In this document: piece after piece, positions 20,394 through 29,439 of the stretch
Layout: each line of letters starts with the position of its first letter
How positions within the stretch are numbered: position 1 is the first letter of the stretch
Source: Fastidiosibacter lacustris
GTDB lineage: Bacteria > Pseudomonadota > Gammaproteobacteria > Francisellales > Francisellaceae
Assembly (NCBI RefSeq): GCF_003428155.1
Contig: NZ_QLIR01000006.1
Span: forward strand, 1 to 32,000
Direction of reading: 5' to 3'
Length of the DNA: 32,000 nucleotides
Made by a program: the position numbers and the translations under genes
Notes under the pieces: model-generated
The model's database searches: none
Told to the model about the DNA's origin: nothing
What the model saw: the letters and a program-made list of their open reading frames with translations, nothing else

Positions 20394-20465
20394 ATAACAG
20401 GTATTAAAAAAAGAAAACCAAAACCAAGAAAAAAGACGATTTGATCAAATACAGATAACAGGTAT
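20394..20465 (+). repeat. Pair of 12-nt direct repeats ATAACAGGTATT (20394-20405 and 20454-20465)
   Basis: Identical 12-mers 60 nt apart in the gap between the MFS gene and the orphan ORF, flanking a purine-rich stretch. Confidence 0.6.
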
Positions 20466-20537
20466 TCTTTTATTTTACGTACTAATATAACATCTTATCC
20501 TTGTTGATTTTTAATTTAAAACATAGGAAAAAATAAA

Positions 20538-21530
20538 ATGAAAAAAGTACTTTTTATACATAACTCATCAAATGAAGATGATAAACAATTAGTTACAAAA
20601 TTAGGTTTTGACAGTCAAAAGCTTCAGACCATCGGGGTTGATTTTGTAAAAAAAAGTGATATGCAAATATGGACAACCGTAGGTGTAGAACGATTTGAAA
20701 CTATATCTCAATCCTATCTTCAAAATACAGCTTTACTTGTTTTTTCGCCTAATATATCCGTTCCCAATGCGGAAGAATATGCTAAAAAAAATTCAGTACC
20801 ATCCTTGCATTTACAAAAAGGTGATCAAAATCTTTCCGGAAATAATCTGATAGAGTTAATGCAAGAGGCGCTTGATCCATTAACAATACAAAAAAACTTA
20901 TCAAATTTTTTACTCAACAAGTCTTATCTAAGCAAAACACACAAAGGTGAACCTCTAATTAAAAACTCTGGACTAATCGCTACAAGTGTTTTGCCATTCC
21001 TAACAAGGCAATCTACTGATAAAAAAATGTTAGCGGAACTTCAAAAGAAAAACCATGAAATTTTAAAAAACGGATCACCAGCCAATAATATTGAACAAAA
21101 ATTAACCAATTTGCTGCAATTTATACACTCACATACTGCCGTGCCAGAAGAGGTCAATAGTCAGTTAAGCACATACACATATAAACTAGAACACGCTGGT
21201 CAAACGTATAATGTGCCATGGAGCGTAATGCAGGCTTACGATCCTAAATCAGCAGGCAATTACGACAGTACAATGGTAATAAACCGATTAAAACAAGATT
21301 TAGCAAAAGTCAATGCTAGTGACATTATTGCACAAAAACTTCTTTCGCCAATGTATGGTGTATTATGGAATAATAAACATGGAGTCTCTACAGAATATAT
21401 AGAAACTCTAAAATCTTCGAATGCACTTTATAAAGAGATAAAATACTCAGATAAAAAAGAAAGTAATAATCACTGTTTTACAATATTTTCAAAAAATAAT
21501 AATAACCAAAATATTGAAAACGTGTGTTAG
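20538..21530 (+). CDS. Hypothetical protein, 330 aa, no recognised family
   Basis: Long ORF with an A/G-rich leader before ATG; lysine/asparagine-rich soluble protein beginning MKKVLFIHNSSNEDDKQLVTKLGFD. Confidence 0.7.
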   Translation: MKKVLFIHNSSNEDDKQLVTKLGFDSQKLQTIGVDFVKKSDMQIWTTVGVERFETISQSYLQNTALLVFSPNISVPNAEEYAKKNSVPSLHLQKGDQNLSGNNLIELMQEALDPLTIQKNLSNFLLNKSYLSKTHKGEPLIKNSGLIATSVLPFLTRQSTDKKMLAELQKKNHEILKNGSPANNIEQKLTNLLQFIHSHTAVPEEVNSQLSTYTYKLEHAGQTYNVPWSVMQAYDPKSAGNYDSTMVINRLKQDLAKVNASDIIAQKLLSPMYGVLWNNKHGVSTEYIETLKSSNALYKEIKYSDKKESNNHCFTIFSKNNNNQNIENVC

Positions 21531-21584
21531 TACAGATCAGTCTAATGCAAGGTGATTAACAATCGAATATAACTGATACTCAGG

Positions 21585-22787
21585 TTAACTCATCCTCTTA
21601 GTGTTACTGATAATTGCCAAAATTAAACCTATTGCTGTTAAAATAGTACCAACCCAGTTAGGCGAGGTATAACCTAAACCAATTTGAATGGTAAAACCTC
21701 CTAGGAAAACGCCTAAAGCAGTTCCTAAATTAAATGCAGCAATGTTGGCTGCCGAAGCTAAGGTTGGTGCTCCCTCAGCTTTGTTTAGTATGTATTTTTG
21801 TAACGGTGAAACAAGTCCAAAACCAATCGCGCCTAATAAAAATAAAGTAATTGCCGCGGGAATTTTATAATGTGCAGTAAACACAAATATTCCGAGCAAA
21901 ATAGCTAAAGCCGTTAATAAACCATAAATAGTCGTTATCAACGCTTTGTCGGCAGCTCTACCTCCTAAAATATTCCCGATGACTAAGCCAACTCCATATA
22001 TTCCCAGCAGCCAACCTACAGCATAGGGAGTGTAGCCTGCAACATAGAGCATCATCGGCGCCACATAGGCAAAAGATGCCAGTAGTCCGCTAAACCCTAC
22101 CGCTGTGACCAACAATGCCATCCATACCTGTGGACGTTTAAAAACTGCCAACTCGTGTCTTAAACATGTTTTTGGAACAATCGTATGACTTGGAAGAAAT
22201 GCTAAGATACCTATTAAACCAATTACTCCTAATACTGAAATCACCCAAAATGATGAACGCCACCCAAAGTGTTGCCCTAATAACGTCCCCATTGGCACAC
22301 CTATCACATTCGCTAGAGTCAGTCCTGTGAACATTAATGCTATTGCTGTCGCGCTACGATTTGGTCCTACCATGCTTGCAACGACAACTGCTCCAATTCC
22401 AAAAAATGCCCCATGGCAAAATGCTGAGAGAAAGCGTCCAACCATAAGGATAGCAAATGTGGGTGCCAAGGCTGATACTATACTTCCTGTAATAAACAAG
22501 ACCATTAGGGATACGAGTACTTTTTTACGCGAGATATGAAGTGTTCCCGCTGTAAGTAATGGTCCTCCAATTCCAACGCCCAGTGCGTACCCTGATGTCA
22601 CAAACCCTGCAACAGGTATGGTAATATCAAAATCATTTGCTAAATTCGGCAATAATCCTGTCGTTACAAATTCTGTCGTTCCAATGGCAAAAGAACAAAT
22701 TGCCATCATTAACAAAGCCACACCAATTGAATATGATTCCATTTGTAAATCCTCTGATTGGGCTAACATTATTGTCGACTTTGACAT
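21585..22787 (-). CDS. MFS transporter, DHA1 / AraJ-YdhP-like efflux family
   Basis: FAIGTTEFVTTGLLPNLANDFDITIPVAGFVTSGYALGVGIGGPLLT; AFCHGAFFGIGAVVVASMVGPNRSATAIALMFTGLTLANVIGVPMGTLLGQHFGWR. Confidence 0.92.
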   Translation of the reverse strand: MSKSTIMLAQSEDLQMESYSIGVALLMMAICSFAIGTTEFVTTGLLPNLANDFDITIPVAGFVTSGYALGVGIGGPLLTAGTLHISRKKVLVSLMVLFITGSIVSALAPTFAILMVGRFLSAFCHGAFFGIGAVVVASMVGPNRSATAIALMFTGLTLANVIGVPMGTLLGQHFGWRSSFWVISVLGVIGLIGILAFLPSHTIVPKTCLRHELAVFKRPQVWMALLVTAVGFSGLLASFAYVAPMMLYVAGYTPYAVGWLLGIYGVGLVIGNILGGRAADKALITTIYGLLTALAILLGIFVFTAHYKIPAAITLFLLGAIGFGLVSPLQKYILNKAEGAPTLASAANIAAFNLGTALGVFLGGFTIQIGLGYTSPNWVGTILTAIGLILAIISNTKRMS

Positions 22788-22809
22788 GAATGACTCCTCT
22801 TTTAGTCAA

Positions 22810-23595
22810 TTACAAAAGTCCTCGAAGTACACCACCGTCTACACGCACAGCGGCACCAGTCGTTGCTGAAGCCTTATATGAGCATAAGTACACAACCATA
22901 TTTGCTACTTCTTCAGCTGAAGTCATGCGACCTAATAATGATGTCGATCTAGCCTGTTTTATAAACTCTCGGCTAGCTTCTTCGAGCGTAAGCGCTGGAT
23001 CTGGCACCATCTCACGAATAAACTTCTCAACACCTTCGCTTAACGTTGGACCGGGTAATACACTGTTGACAGTTACCCCATTGCCAGCCACCGTTTCAGC
23101 AAAACCTCGTGCAATTGCCAATTGCGCTGTTTTCGTCATGCCGTAATGCACCATTTCTGGCGGGATCTGTATGGCAGATTCGCTGGATATAAAAACTACA
23201 CGCCCCCACTGTTGCTCAATCATGTTAGGAATATAATGTCTTGACAGCCTGATACCGCTCATTACGTTAATAGCAAAAAATTTTTCCCATTCAGCATCGC
23301 TTATTTCAAACACAGGTTTTGGTTCAAAAACTCCTGTGTTGTTGATGAGTATGTCTACATGCGGAATTTTTGCGAAAAGTTTCTCACAGCCAGCTGAGGT
23401 GCCAACGTCTGCTGCAATACCACGAACGCGTTCTTGTGTAGAAAATAATGTTACTGCTGCTTCAACTCTTTTATCTGTACGACCATTGATAATAATATCA
23501 GCGCCAGCGTGATGAAGCGCTTTTGCAATAGCAAGTCCTATACCTGCTGTTGACCCGGTGATTAAAGCAATACGTCTGCTCAAGTCGATGATCAT
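22810..23595 (-). CDS. Short-chain dehydrogenase/reductase (SDR) family oxidoreductase
   Basis: TGSTAGIG cofactor motif, NNTGV, catalytic S..YGMTK, NSVLPGPT. Confidence 0.93.
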   Translation of the reverse strand: MIIDLSRRIALITGSTAGIGLAIAKALHHAGADIIINGRTDKRVEAAVTLFSTQERVRGIAADVGTSAGCEKLFAKIPHVDILINNTGVFEPKPVFEISDAEWEKFFAINVMSGIRLSRHYIPNMIEQQWGRVVFISSESAIQIPPEMVHYGMTKTAQLAIARGFAETVAGNGVTVNSVLPGPTLSEGVEKFIREMVPDPALTLEEASREFIKQARSTSLLGRMTSAEEVANMVVYLCSYKASATTGAAVRVDGGVLRGLL

Positions 23596-23613
23596 AAAAT
23601 TTCTTCTCCTTAA

Positions 23614-24405
23614 TTAGTATACGACCGGTGTAATTCCACCATCCATGGTGAAATTCGCGCCAGAAATAAAATTAGCTAGATCAGAAGCTAAATAGAGTGC
23701 GAGATAGGCAACCTCTTCTGGTTTACCTAATCGACCAACTGGGATTTTTTGTGCTTCGACATATCTTTGTAATGCTGTCTCACGATCAACACCATATTGT
23801 CTTGCCAAGACATCTGCCAAACCACCCGCTTTATCATAAATTGCTGTTCGTATAAACCCAGGTGATAACACATTAGAACGAACTCCTCTAGCAGTAAATT
23901 CATTGGCGATTGTTTTTGATAGCATCGTAACCGCAGCCTTAGAAACGCTGTAATCAGGTAGTTTCGCATTAGGCATACGCCCAGCCTCAGAAGCCGTATG
24001 TAACAACACTCCTTTGCCTTGTTTCAACATATACGGAATTATGGCTCTTGATGCACGAACATAGCCTAATACGTTCAAATTTAGCGTGGTCAACCACTCT
24101 TCATCCGTAATATTCAAAAATCCAGATCGAGATCCAGCTATCCCCGCATTGTTAAACAATACATCGATTCTATTAAATTCTTTCACAACGTCATCAGTGA
24201 GTTTAGTGACCTGTATCTGATCTGTCATATCAACTTTCATGGGAATAATTTGCCCTAATGCGTGTAACTCATTTAACGCATCTGGATTAATATCTACGCC
24301 AATAACAATAGCACCTTCAGCAAGAAATGCTTTTGCCGAAGCGTAACCAATACCAGAACCAGCCCCAGTGATAATTACTACTTTATTTGTTAGATTAAAA
24401 TCCAT
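23614..24405 (-). CDS. Short-chain dehydrogenase/reductase (SDR) family oxidoreductase
   Basis: TGAGSGIG motif, NNAGI, YSVSKAA, NVLSPGFI, and C-terminal GANFTMDGGITPVVY. Confidence 0.94.
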   Translation of the reverse strand: MDFNLTNKVVIITGAGSGIGYASAKAFLAEGAIVIGVDINPDALNELHALGQIIPMKVDMTDQIQVTKLTDDVVKEFNRIDVLFNNAGIAGSRSGFLNITDEEWLTTLNLNVLGYVRASRAIIPYMLKQGKGVLLHTASEAGRMPNAKLPDYSVSKAAVTMLSKTIANEFTARGVRSNVLSPGFIRTAIYDKAGGLADVLARQYGVDRETALQRYVEAQKIPVGRLGKPEEVAYLALYLASDLANFISGANFTMDGGITPVVY

Positions 24406-25714
24406 TGTTCGATCCTTGAGCGTGAGTAATCATTTCATTATAGTGAACAACTATCTTGGCATTCTTGGCGACATAATAGTTAGGCGCAGAGTAAGCAATC
24501 GTTGCAAAATCAATTGTACCTCGATTTTTAAAGTCGCCAATTGCGATCCTTGCCACGGATTCATCGGATACCCGCCATTTAGCAAAGACCCCATTTTTTA
24601 TATCGATAGCTTTGTAGTAAAACACACCTTGCCACGGCCATGGACCGCGTAATCCAACCAAGAACTCATCGTCACCATCACCATCAAAATCAGCGCATAG
24701 CACTTGATGACCAGGACCTTCCCCATTTTCATTAGGATCGCCAAAAACATCTAATATTACCCTACTCCATTCAGCATCAGCACCTGGCTTACCATCTGAC
24801 TTGTAATAAACCGCAACTGTATTACCATGGAAAGGCTCAAGTGCAGCGACATACGCAAATGAGTCGTTTCCTATGCGTCCTACATCCATGTCACCTGAAC
24901 CTTTGAAAGATGTTCTTTCAAATTGTGTCAACTCACCAGTGCCAATAAGTTTGCATTGCCATTTTTTAATATTTTCATCGTAGTAAAGCCAAGTAACACC
25001 TTCATCTGAAGCAAGGATAATAGAGTCTAGATTAGAGTTTGGAATAAGCTCTGACTTTATTTCCGCACCATGAATCATTCTAAAACTACTGTGATTGATA
25101 GTTTGCATTGACCATTCTTTAGCAGTATGTACATCGTCAGGTTGTGTGAACATAACTACAGGAAGAACAGCATGTACACTTTCTCTGGCAACAATAGGAA
25201 ATCCCAGAATCTCCAGTCTGTCAGTCTGCGTGAAATGACCAATTCTTAAACGATGCATACCTGTTGTACGACCAACATAGTGTCGTTTCCAACGTTCTTT
25301 TACATCAGCATTTTGACCAGGATTCTCAATCCAATCAATCTTGCCACCTGAGGTATCTGCATCATGTATTGTGCCAACAGGACCATAAAGTTCATAGCAT
25401 ACCAGAATATCTGGATAGCCATTACCTGTTATATCAGCGTAAGCACCACCTACCGGCATTCTAATTTTGTCAACTACTAAATGTTTTTGCCAATCAGGAT
25501 TTTTATACCAGTAGATTTCACCTAAAGTCAAACCGTAGCCAAATAAGTCTATCTTACCGTCTTGGTTTATGTCTAAGGCTTCTAACCAATACCCATCACG
25601 CAAATTCTCTGCTACGATCTCTTTGGTAAATTTAGGCACAAAACCTGCTTTGGTTGCTTGATCGTTTAAAAACTTTGTAAAGTCACCTACTGTTTTATCC
25701 GTTAGTGTTGCCAT
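24395..25714 (-). CDS. FG-GAP/VCBS-type beta-propeller protein, possibly a sugar-modifying enzyme (ORF opens at 25759; preferred start 25714)
   Basis: Repeated Asp-rich loops (DINQDGKIDLFGYG, DITGNGYPDILVCY, DFDGDGDDEFLVGLRGP, DFKNRGTIDFATIAY); RBS AGGAGAGGAG precedes MATLTDK; overlaps the next SDR start by 11 nt. Confidence 0.75.
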   Translation of the reverse strand: MATLTDKTVGDFTKFLNDQATKAGFVPKFTKEIVAENLRDGYWLEALDINQDGKIDLFGYGLTLGEIYWYKNPDWQKHLVVDKIRMPVGGAYADITGNGYPDILVCYELYGPVGTIHDADTSGGKIDWIENPGQNADVKERWKRHYVGRTTGMHRLRIGHFTQTDRLEILGFPIVARESVHAVLPVVMFTQPDDVHTAKEWSMQTINHSSFRMIHGAEIKSELIPNSNLDSIILASDEGVTWLYYDENIKKWQCKLIGTGELTQFERTSFKGSGDMDVGRIGNDSFAYVAALEPFHGNTVAVYYKSDGKPGADAEWSRVILDVFGDPNENGEGPGHQVLCADFDGDGDDEFLVGLRGPWPWQGVFYYKAIDIKNGVFAKWRVSDESVARIAIGDFKNRGTIDFATIAYSAPNYYVAKNAKIVVHYNEMITHAQGSNNGF

Positions 25715-25770
25715 TACTTTTTCTCCTCTCCTACTATCTGAATTATTTGAATTCTTCACTACAGCTATAT

Positions 25771-26925
25771 CTATGCTACGCAGTATTGGGTATTTTTGAT
25801 CCCCCCCTCTAGAAGTGATAACACACGCTCTTCAGCCGTGAAAATAGAAGTTAACTTTGATGAGAAAACATGAATAAACCTGTTATGACGTGACTTATCA
25901 CAAAACACCAATAATGGACGAGTGTCACTAAGGTCTCTTACTTTTGTTTTCAGTGCCAAAATATGGTCGATTACTTCAAACTCATCCAAAAAGTGCGGAT
26001 AGAATTTGGCTATGTCCTCAATGATATTATCTGTAACTTCTCTGAGCTGTTTTAATGGCAATCCTTTGTGCAAAGCTTTTCGAGCTTCATCGATATCATT
26101 AAACTGTTGATAACTGGTATATTGAACATGGAATATCTGAAAGAGCTGATGATCTCGATATTTTCTATACTGAAGTGGAATATCTGCATAACCATATGGC
26201 TCTAAGCTTGGATATGTACCATCAAATATTCCAAAGCTTTCGTATGTACGTTCAGTTTTTAATTGCTTAGTTGCCACCAGCAGTGAAAAACATAAATCAA
26301 AATAGTGCTGGTGTTTGCCAGAAATGTACTGAAATGCTTGATTATACGTACAGTTAATAACAAAGTCATAGGGTGTATTATCTACCTGAATTAATTCATC
26401 ATCCAACACTTTCAAATCGTTGACGCGTCTATTTAATTTCAGTCGAACGTTACTTTCATTCAGTGCTCTTTTAAACCAAGCTTTTGCTTTATCAACCAAC
26501 AATATAGCCTCATGCACTCGGAAACCACCTTCAACGTTGGCAAAACCTAGTTCAGTTAGCTGAGAGAATGTGAGTTCTTCAATTTCCAATCCGGTACCCT
26601 TCATAATTGTTTTCATAGTTTTATAATCAATTAGGGTTTTATCATCATTTGCCACACAAAATATTTTTGAGTTGTGTGAAGCATAACTAACTAAATTTGG
26701 ATAATGAGCGATGAATCTTGCTTCATCAATCTTGCACATTTCTCTCGTAACTCCTGAGCGAGGGTAGTGATATCCTTTATGAATTCGGTAAGAATTATGT
26801 GTGGATGCTCCAGAAAAAATATCATCCGCCATGTCATATAAATCTATTGAAAATCCTTTCGCCCTTAAGGAAAGCGCTAAATGACAGCCATATATTCCAG
26901 CACCAATAATTGCCATTCTCATCAT
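25771..26925 (-). CDS. FAD-dependent oxidoreductase, DAO-like
   Basis: MAIIGAGIYGCHLALSLRAKGFSIDLYD Rossmann motif; SGASTHNSYRIHKGYHYPRS; typical 384-aa length. Confidence 0.85.
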   Translation of the reverse strand: MMRMAIIGAGIYGCHLALSLRAKGFSIDLYDMADDIFSGASTHNSYRIHKGYHYPRSGVTREMCKIDEARFIAHYPNLVSYASHNSKIFCVANDDKTLIDYKTMKTIMKGTGLEIEELTFSQLTELGFANVEGGFRVHEAILLVDKAKAWFKRALNESNVRLKLNRRVNDLKVLDDELIQVDNTPYDFVINCTYNQAFQYISGKHQHYFDLCFSLLVATKQLKTERTYESFGIFDGTYPSLEPYGYADIPLQYRKYRDHQLFQIFHVQYTSYQQFNDIDEARKALHKGLPLKQLREVTDNIIEDIAKFYPHFLDEFEVIDHILALKTKVRDLSDTRPLLVFCDKSRHNRFIHVFSSKLTSIFTAEERVLSLLEGGIKNTQYCVA

Positions 26926-27258
26926 AACAGTCCTCCATAAACTTGATCAAAGGTTTACTATTTGTCTGTTTTAAATTGTAACACTTAGATTTAGGTCGCA
27001 ATCACATAATACATCAATTCTCTCTCCTGTAGTTATAACTCCTATCTTAATATATCGTTTGAGTAGCGCTTTCTCCCATATTGGATAATCGCTTAGTTAA
27101 CAACAATCTTAATTATAATCAAGCGACAAAGATGAGTACTATTTGTTAGAAATTTTATTGCAAAGAATTTACTTAATCATCAGTGAAAAAAATTATATCT
27201 TTACGGTGGTATTTTGTTGTTATTATATTGTTATCTGGATTTTTTTGGATCGTATATT

Positions 27259-27471
27259 ATGAACTTGGAACACAGAATTCTAATCGCTTTATTTAAAAAG
27301 CGAACAATGTCATTGAGTGAATTAAGAAGAAGTTTTCATAGAGTGAAACTCTCTGATAGAGATGTTGCACTGAGTACTTTACATGAGCAAGGATATATAA
27401 TTTGCGAACGCAGTCTAAGCAAAACGAGTAGCAAGATCATAACCATTTACAGAATATCTAATATGTATTAG
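27259..27471 (+). CDS. Small winged-helix DNA-binding-like protein (ORF opens at 27214; MNLEHRIL start preferred)
   Basis: MNLEHRILIALFKKRTMSLSELRRSFHRVKLSDRDVALSTLHEQGYIICERS resembles a wHTH of MarR/BlaI type; only + strand gene within the locus. Confidence 0.5.
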   Translation: MNLEHRILIALFKKRTMSLSELRRSFHRVKLSDRDVALSTLHEQGYIICERSLSKTSSKIITIYRISNMY

Positions 27472-27490
27472 TCTAGATATAATCTGACAT

Positions 27491-28204
27491 TCATCTTGAC
27501 TTAGATGAGGTTGCCTGTTTTGTATATTTAAACATATTGACCACATGATGCAGACCATTGCTACTCACTACATCGACTACATATTCGTCACCATAAATAA
27601 GCTTTTGAACCAAAACTTCTTGATTTATGTTGCCAGAATAATCAACTTTACCTAATAAGTTCTCACAGGCAGTTCTAATTTCATTTTCATTATGACAAAA
27701 ATGAACACCTTCCGTGCCAAATGACATTATTGGTTTGACAACAATGTCTGTTAACTTTTGAGTTTTTATCCACTCAAGTATTTGATCAATAGATGATGAT
27801 TTAAAAGATGGAATATGGCAAATACCGTCATTCCGTAGCTGTTCCATCATCAGATATTTATCTCTTCTTGCACGACTCTTTTTCACATCATTAGGTGACA
27901 GATTCCAGCAATTGGATAATACGTCAAATACAAGTACACCAGGCTCTGAGCCACAGACAATGTATTCTGGCGGACCTCCAAGCACACGTTCAATTTCAAT
28001 TATCATTTCATCAATAGAGTCATTTAGCGTAAAAATCTCTGTAAAATCAGTCTTCCTAAGACCTGATAAAAGAAGCTGTGGTAATTTTGTATTTGTGATT
28101 AACGCCAAACAATTGTAGCCATATTTCTGTTTGATTCTTTCGGAAAATTGTGCCCCACTTGAAAATGGGTCTACTATGAGTACTGTTGGTCTGATAGAAG
28201 ACAT
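27491..28204 (-). CDS. ATP-grasp ligase-like protein, C-terminally truncated (probable pseudogene or partial gene; ORF opens at 28249, RBS supports 28204)
   Basis: VLIVDPFSSGAQFSERIKQKYGYNCLALI; SPNDVKKSRARRDKYLMMEQLRNDGI; VVKPIMSFGTEGVHFC; YGDEYVVDVVSSNGLHHVVNMFKYTK then TGA; the C-terminal catalytic/metal-binding part of the fold is absent. Confidence 0.8.
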   Translation of the reverse strand: MSSIRPTVLIVDPFSSGAQFSERIKQKYGYNCLALITNTKLPQLLLSGLRKTDFTEIFTLNDSIDEMIIEIERVLGGPPEYIVCGSEPGVLVFDVLSNCWNLSPNDVKKSRARRDKYLMMEQLRNDGICHIPSFKSSSIDQILEWIKTQKLTDIVVKPIMSFGTEGVHFCHNENEIRTACENLLGKVDYSGNINQEVLVQKLIYGDEYVVDVVSSNGLHHVVNMFKYTKQATSSKSR

Positions 28205-28208
28205 GGCA

Positions 28209-29405
28209 TTACCTCTCAACTTGATTTGTTTGTTCTTTCTCTTTGACAAAATACAATGCTATCGCACCACACAATGCCATAATTGCAGAATAGATTAGCG
28301 CTTTTGCCCAATCTTGGTTTTGAAATAACTCACCGTAAATCATCGCAGCAAAAGCCCCACCAAGATAGAATGACAATTGCCTAATACTGGAAGAGATTAA
28401 TATACGATTATTATCAAAGCCAGAGATTGTTAATGTGTCGAGCAATGGCATCAATGCGTAATTAAGTATCAAACGCCCAAAATAAAGAGAGATGAACACA
28501 GCAAATGGTAATAATAATGACTGTAAAAGTAACACTGAAAAGGTTATCACCCCAATTAGCAACAATATTCTTTTAAGGTTGTATTTTTTGACGAGAACAG
28601 GTGCACACAAAGCACCGAATATACTAACTATTTTATCTAAACCAAGCACTGCAGAAGCCTCGGTCACATCTAACGAATATGCCTGGTTGAATAAAATATT
28701 GGCAAATCTAAAAACCAAAGTAATAGATCCACCCAATAAAAACGCTGCGATAAATAGCATTAATAAATTACGCCATTCCAAAGCATTCGGAGTATTGCCA
28801 AATGCCGTTTTATCTTCTAATTCTCTAACACCATTAACAGAATGAAAGCGAACAAACACCATAAGCAGCGCAGATAGAGATGCCACCAATAAAACACCGC
28901 AGTAGTTATACTGTGGTTCAAATGGAGAGTATTTAGTTACTATTACAACAATAAATGAGGCTAGCATTGCAGCGCCCAGGTAAAAAACAAAAAAGTAGCT
29001 GAACATTTTTGTTTTATTATCACCTGCATGTGCGCCAAACAATGAATTACCCGTTGATAAGACTGCTATCATTCCTGATAATATCAATCCTAGGGCTATA
29101 GAGTTTGAATTAACAGTGGTACAAAATGGCAAAGCCAGAAATGAAATGGCATATACAATTGACGATATCAATAATAATTTTTTTACTGAAATCTTTCTAC
29201 TCGCGATCATTAGAGGGACTACCGCCGCAGACATCATAAACATAGAAAAAGCGTAAATTTGTCCAGTACCTACTTTGTCAATGTTGTTTGCCTCTAAATA
29301 GAAATTATAAACTGCATCAAACAGACCATTACTGAATCCCATAACCCCTGTTGCTAGCAAAAACAATTGTACCGGTCTATCAAAGGTAAAAAATAATTTA
29401 ACCAT
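28209..29405 (-). CDS. MFS transporter
   Basis: 398-aa polytopic protein (GQIYAFSMFMMSAAVVPLMIASRKISVKKLLLISSIVYAISFLAL); its 3' end supplies the GAGAGG RBS of the ATP-grasp ORF. Confidence 0.85.
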   Translation of the reverse strand: MVKLFFTFDRPVQLFLLATGVMGFSNGLFDAVYNFYLEANNIDKVGTGQIYAFSMFMMSAAVVPLMIASRKISVKKLLLISSIVYAISFLALPFCTTVNSNSIALGLILSGMIAVLSTGNSLFGAHAGDNKTKMFSYFFVFYLGAAMLASFIVVIVTKYSPFEPQYNYCGVLLVASLSALLMVFVRFHSVNGVRELEDKTAFGNTPNALEWRNLLMLFIAAFLLGGSITLVFRFANILFNQAYSLDVTEASAVLGLDKIVSIFGALCAPVLVKKYNLKRILLLIGVITFSVLLLQSLLLPFAVFISLYFGRLILNYALMPLLDTLTISGFDNNRILISSSIRQLSFYLGGAFAAMIYGELFQNQDWAKALIYSAIMALCGAIALYFVKEKEQTNQVER

Positions 29406-29439
29406 CGCAGCAATTCCTAATTATTTACATTTATAAGTG

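Noticed and set aside
20394-20465. 12-nt direct repeat as a transposon target-site duplication
   Set aside because: The 48-nt intervening sequence is low-complexity and has no mobile element features; kept only as a repeat.
22327-22869. + strand ORFs opposite the MFS and SDR genes (22327-22539, 22618-22869, 22790-23146)
   Set aside because: Shadow ORFs of confidently assigned - strand genes.
26961-27120. - strand open stretch readable as ...DYPIWEKALLKRYIKIGVITTGERIDVLCDCDLNLSVTI*, considered as the missing ATP-grasp C-terminus
   Set aside because: No ATP-grasp metal-binding motif recognisable, no start codon, and it is separated from the truncated gene by the wHTH ORF; a profile search would be needed.
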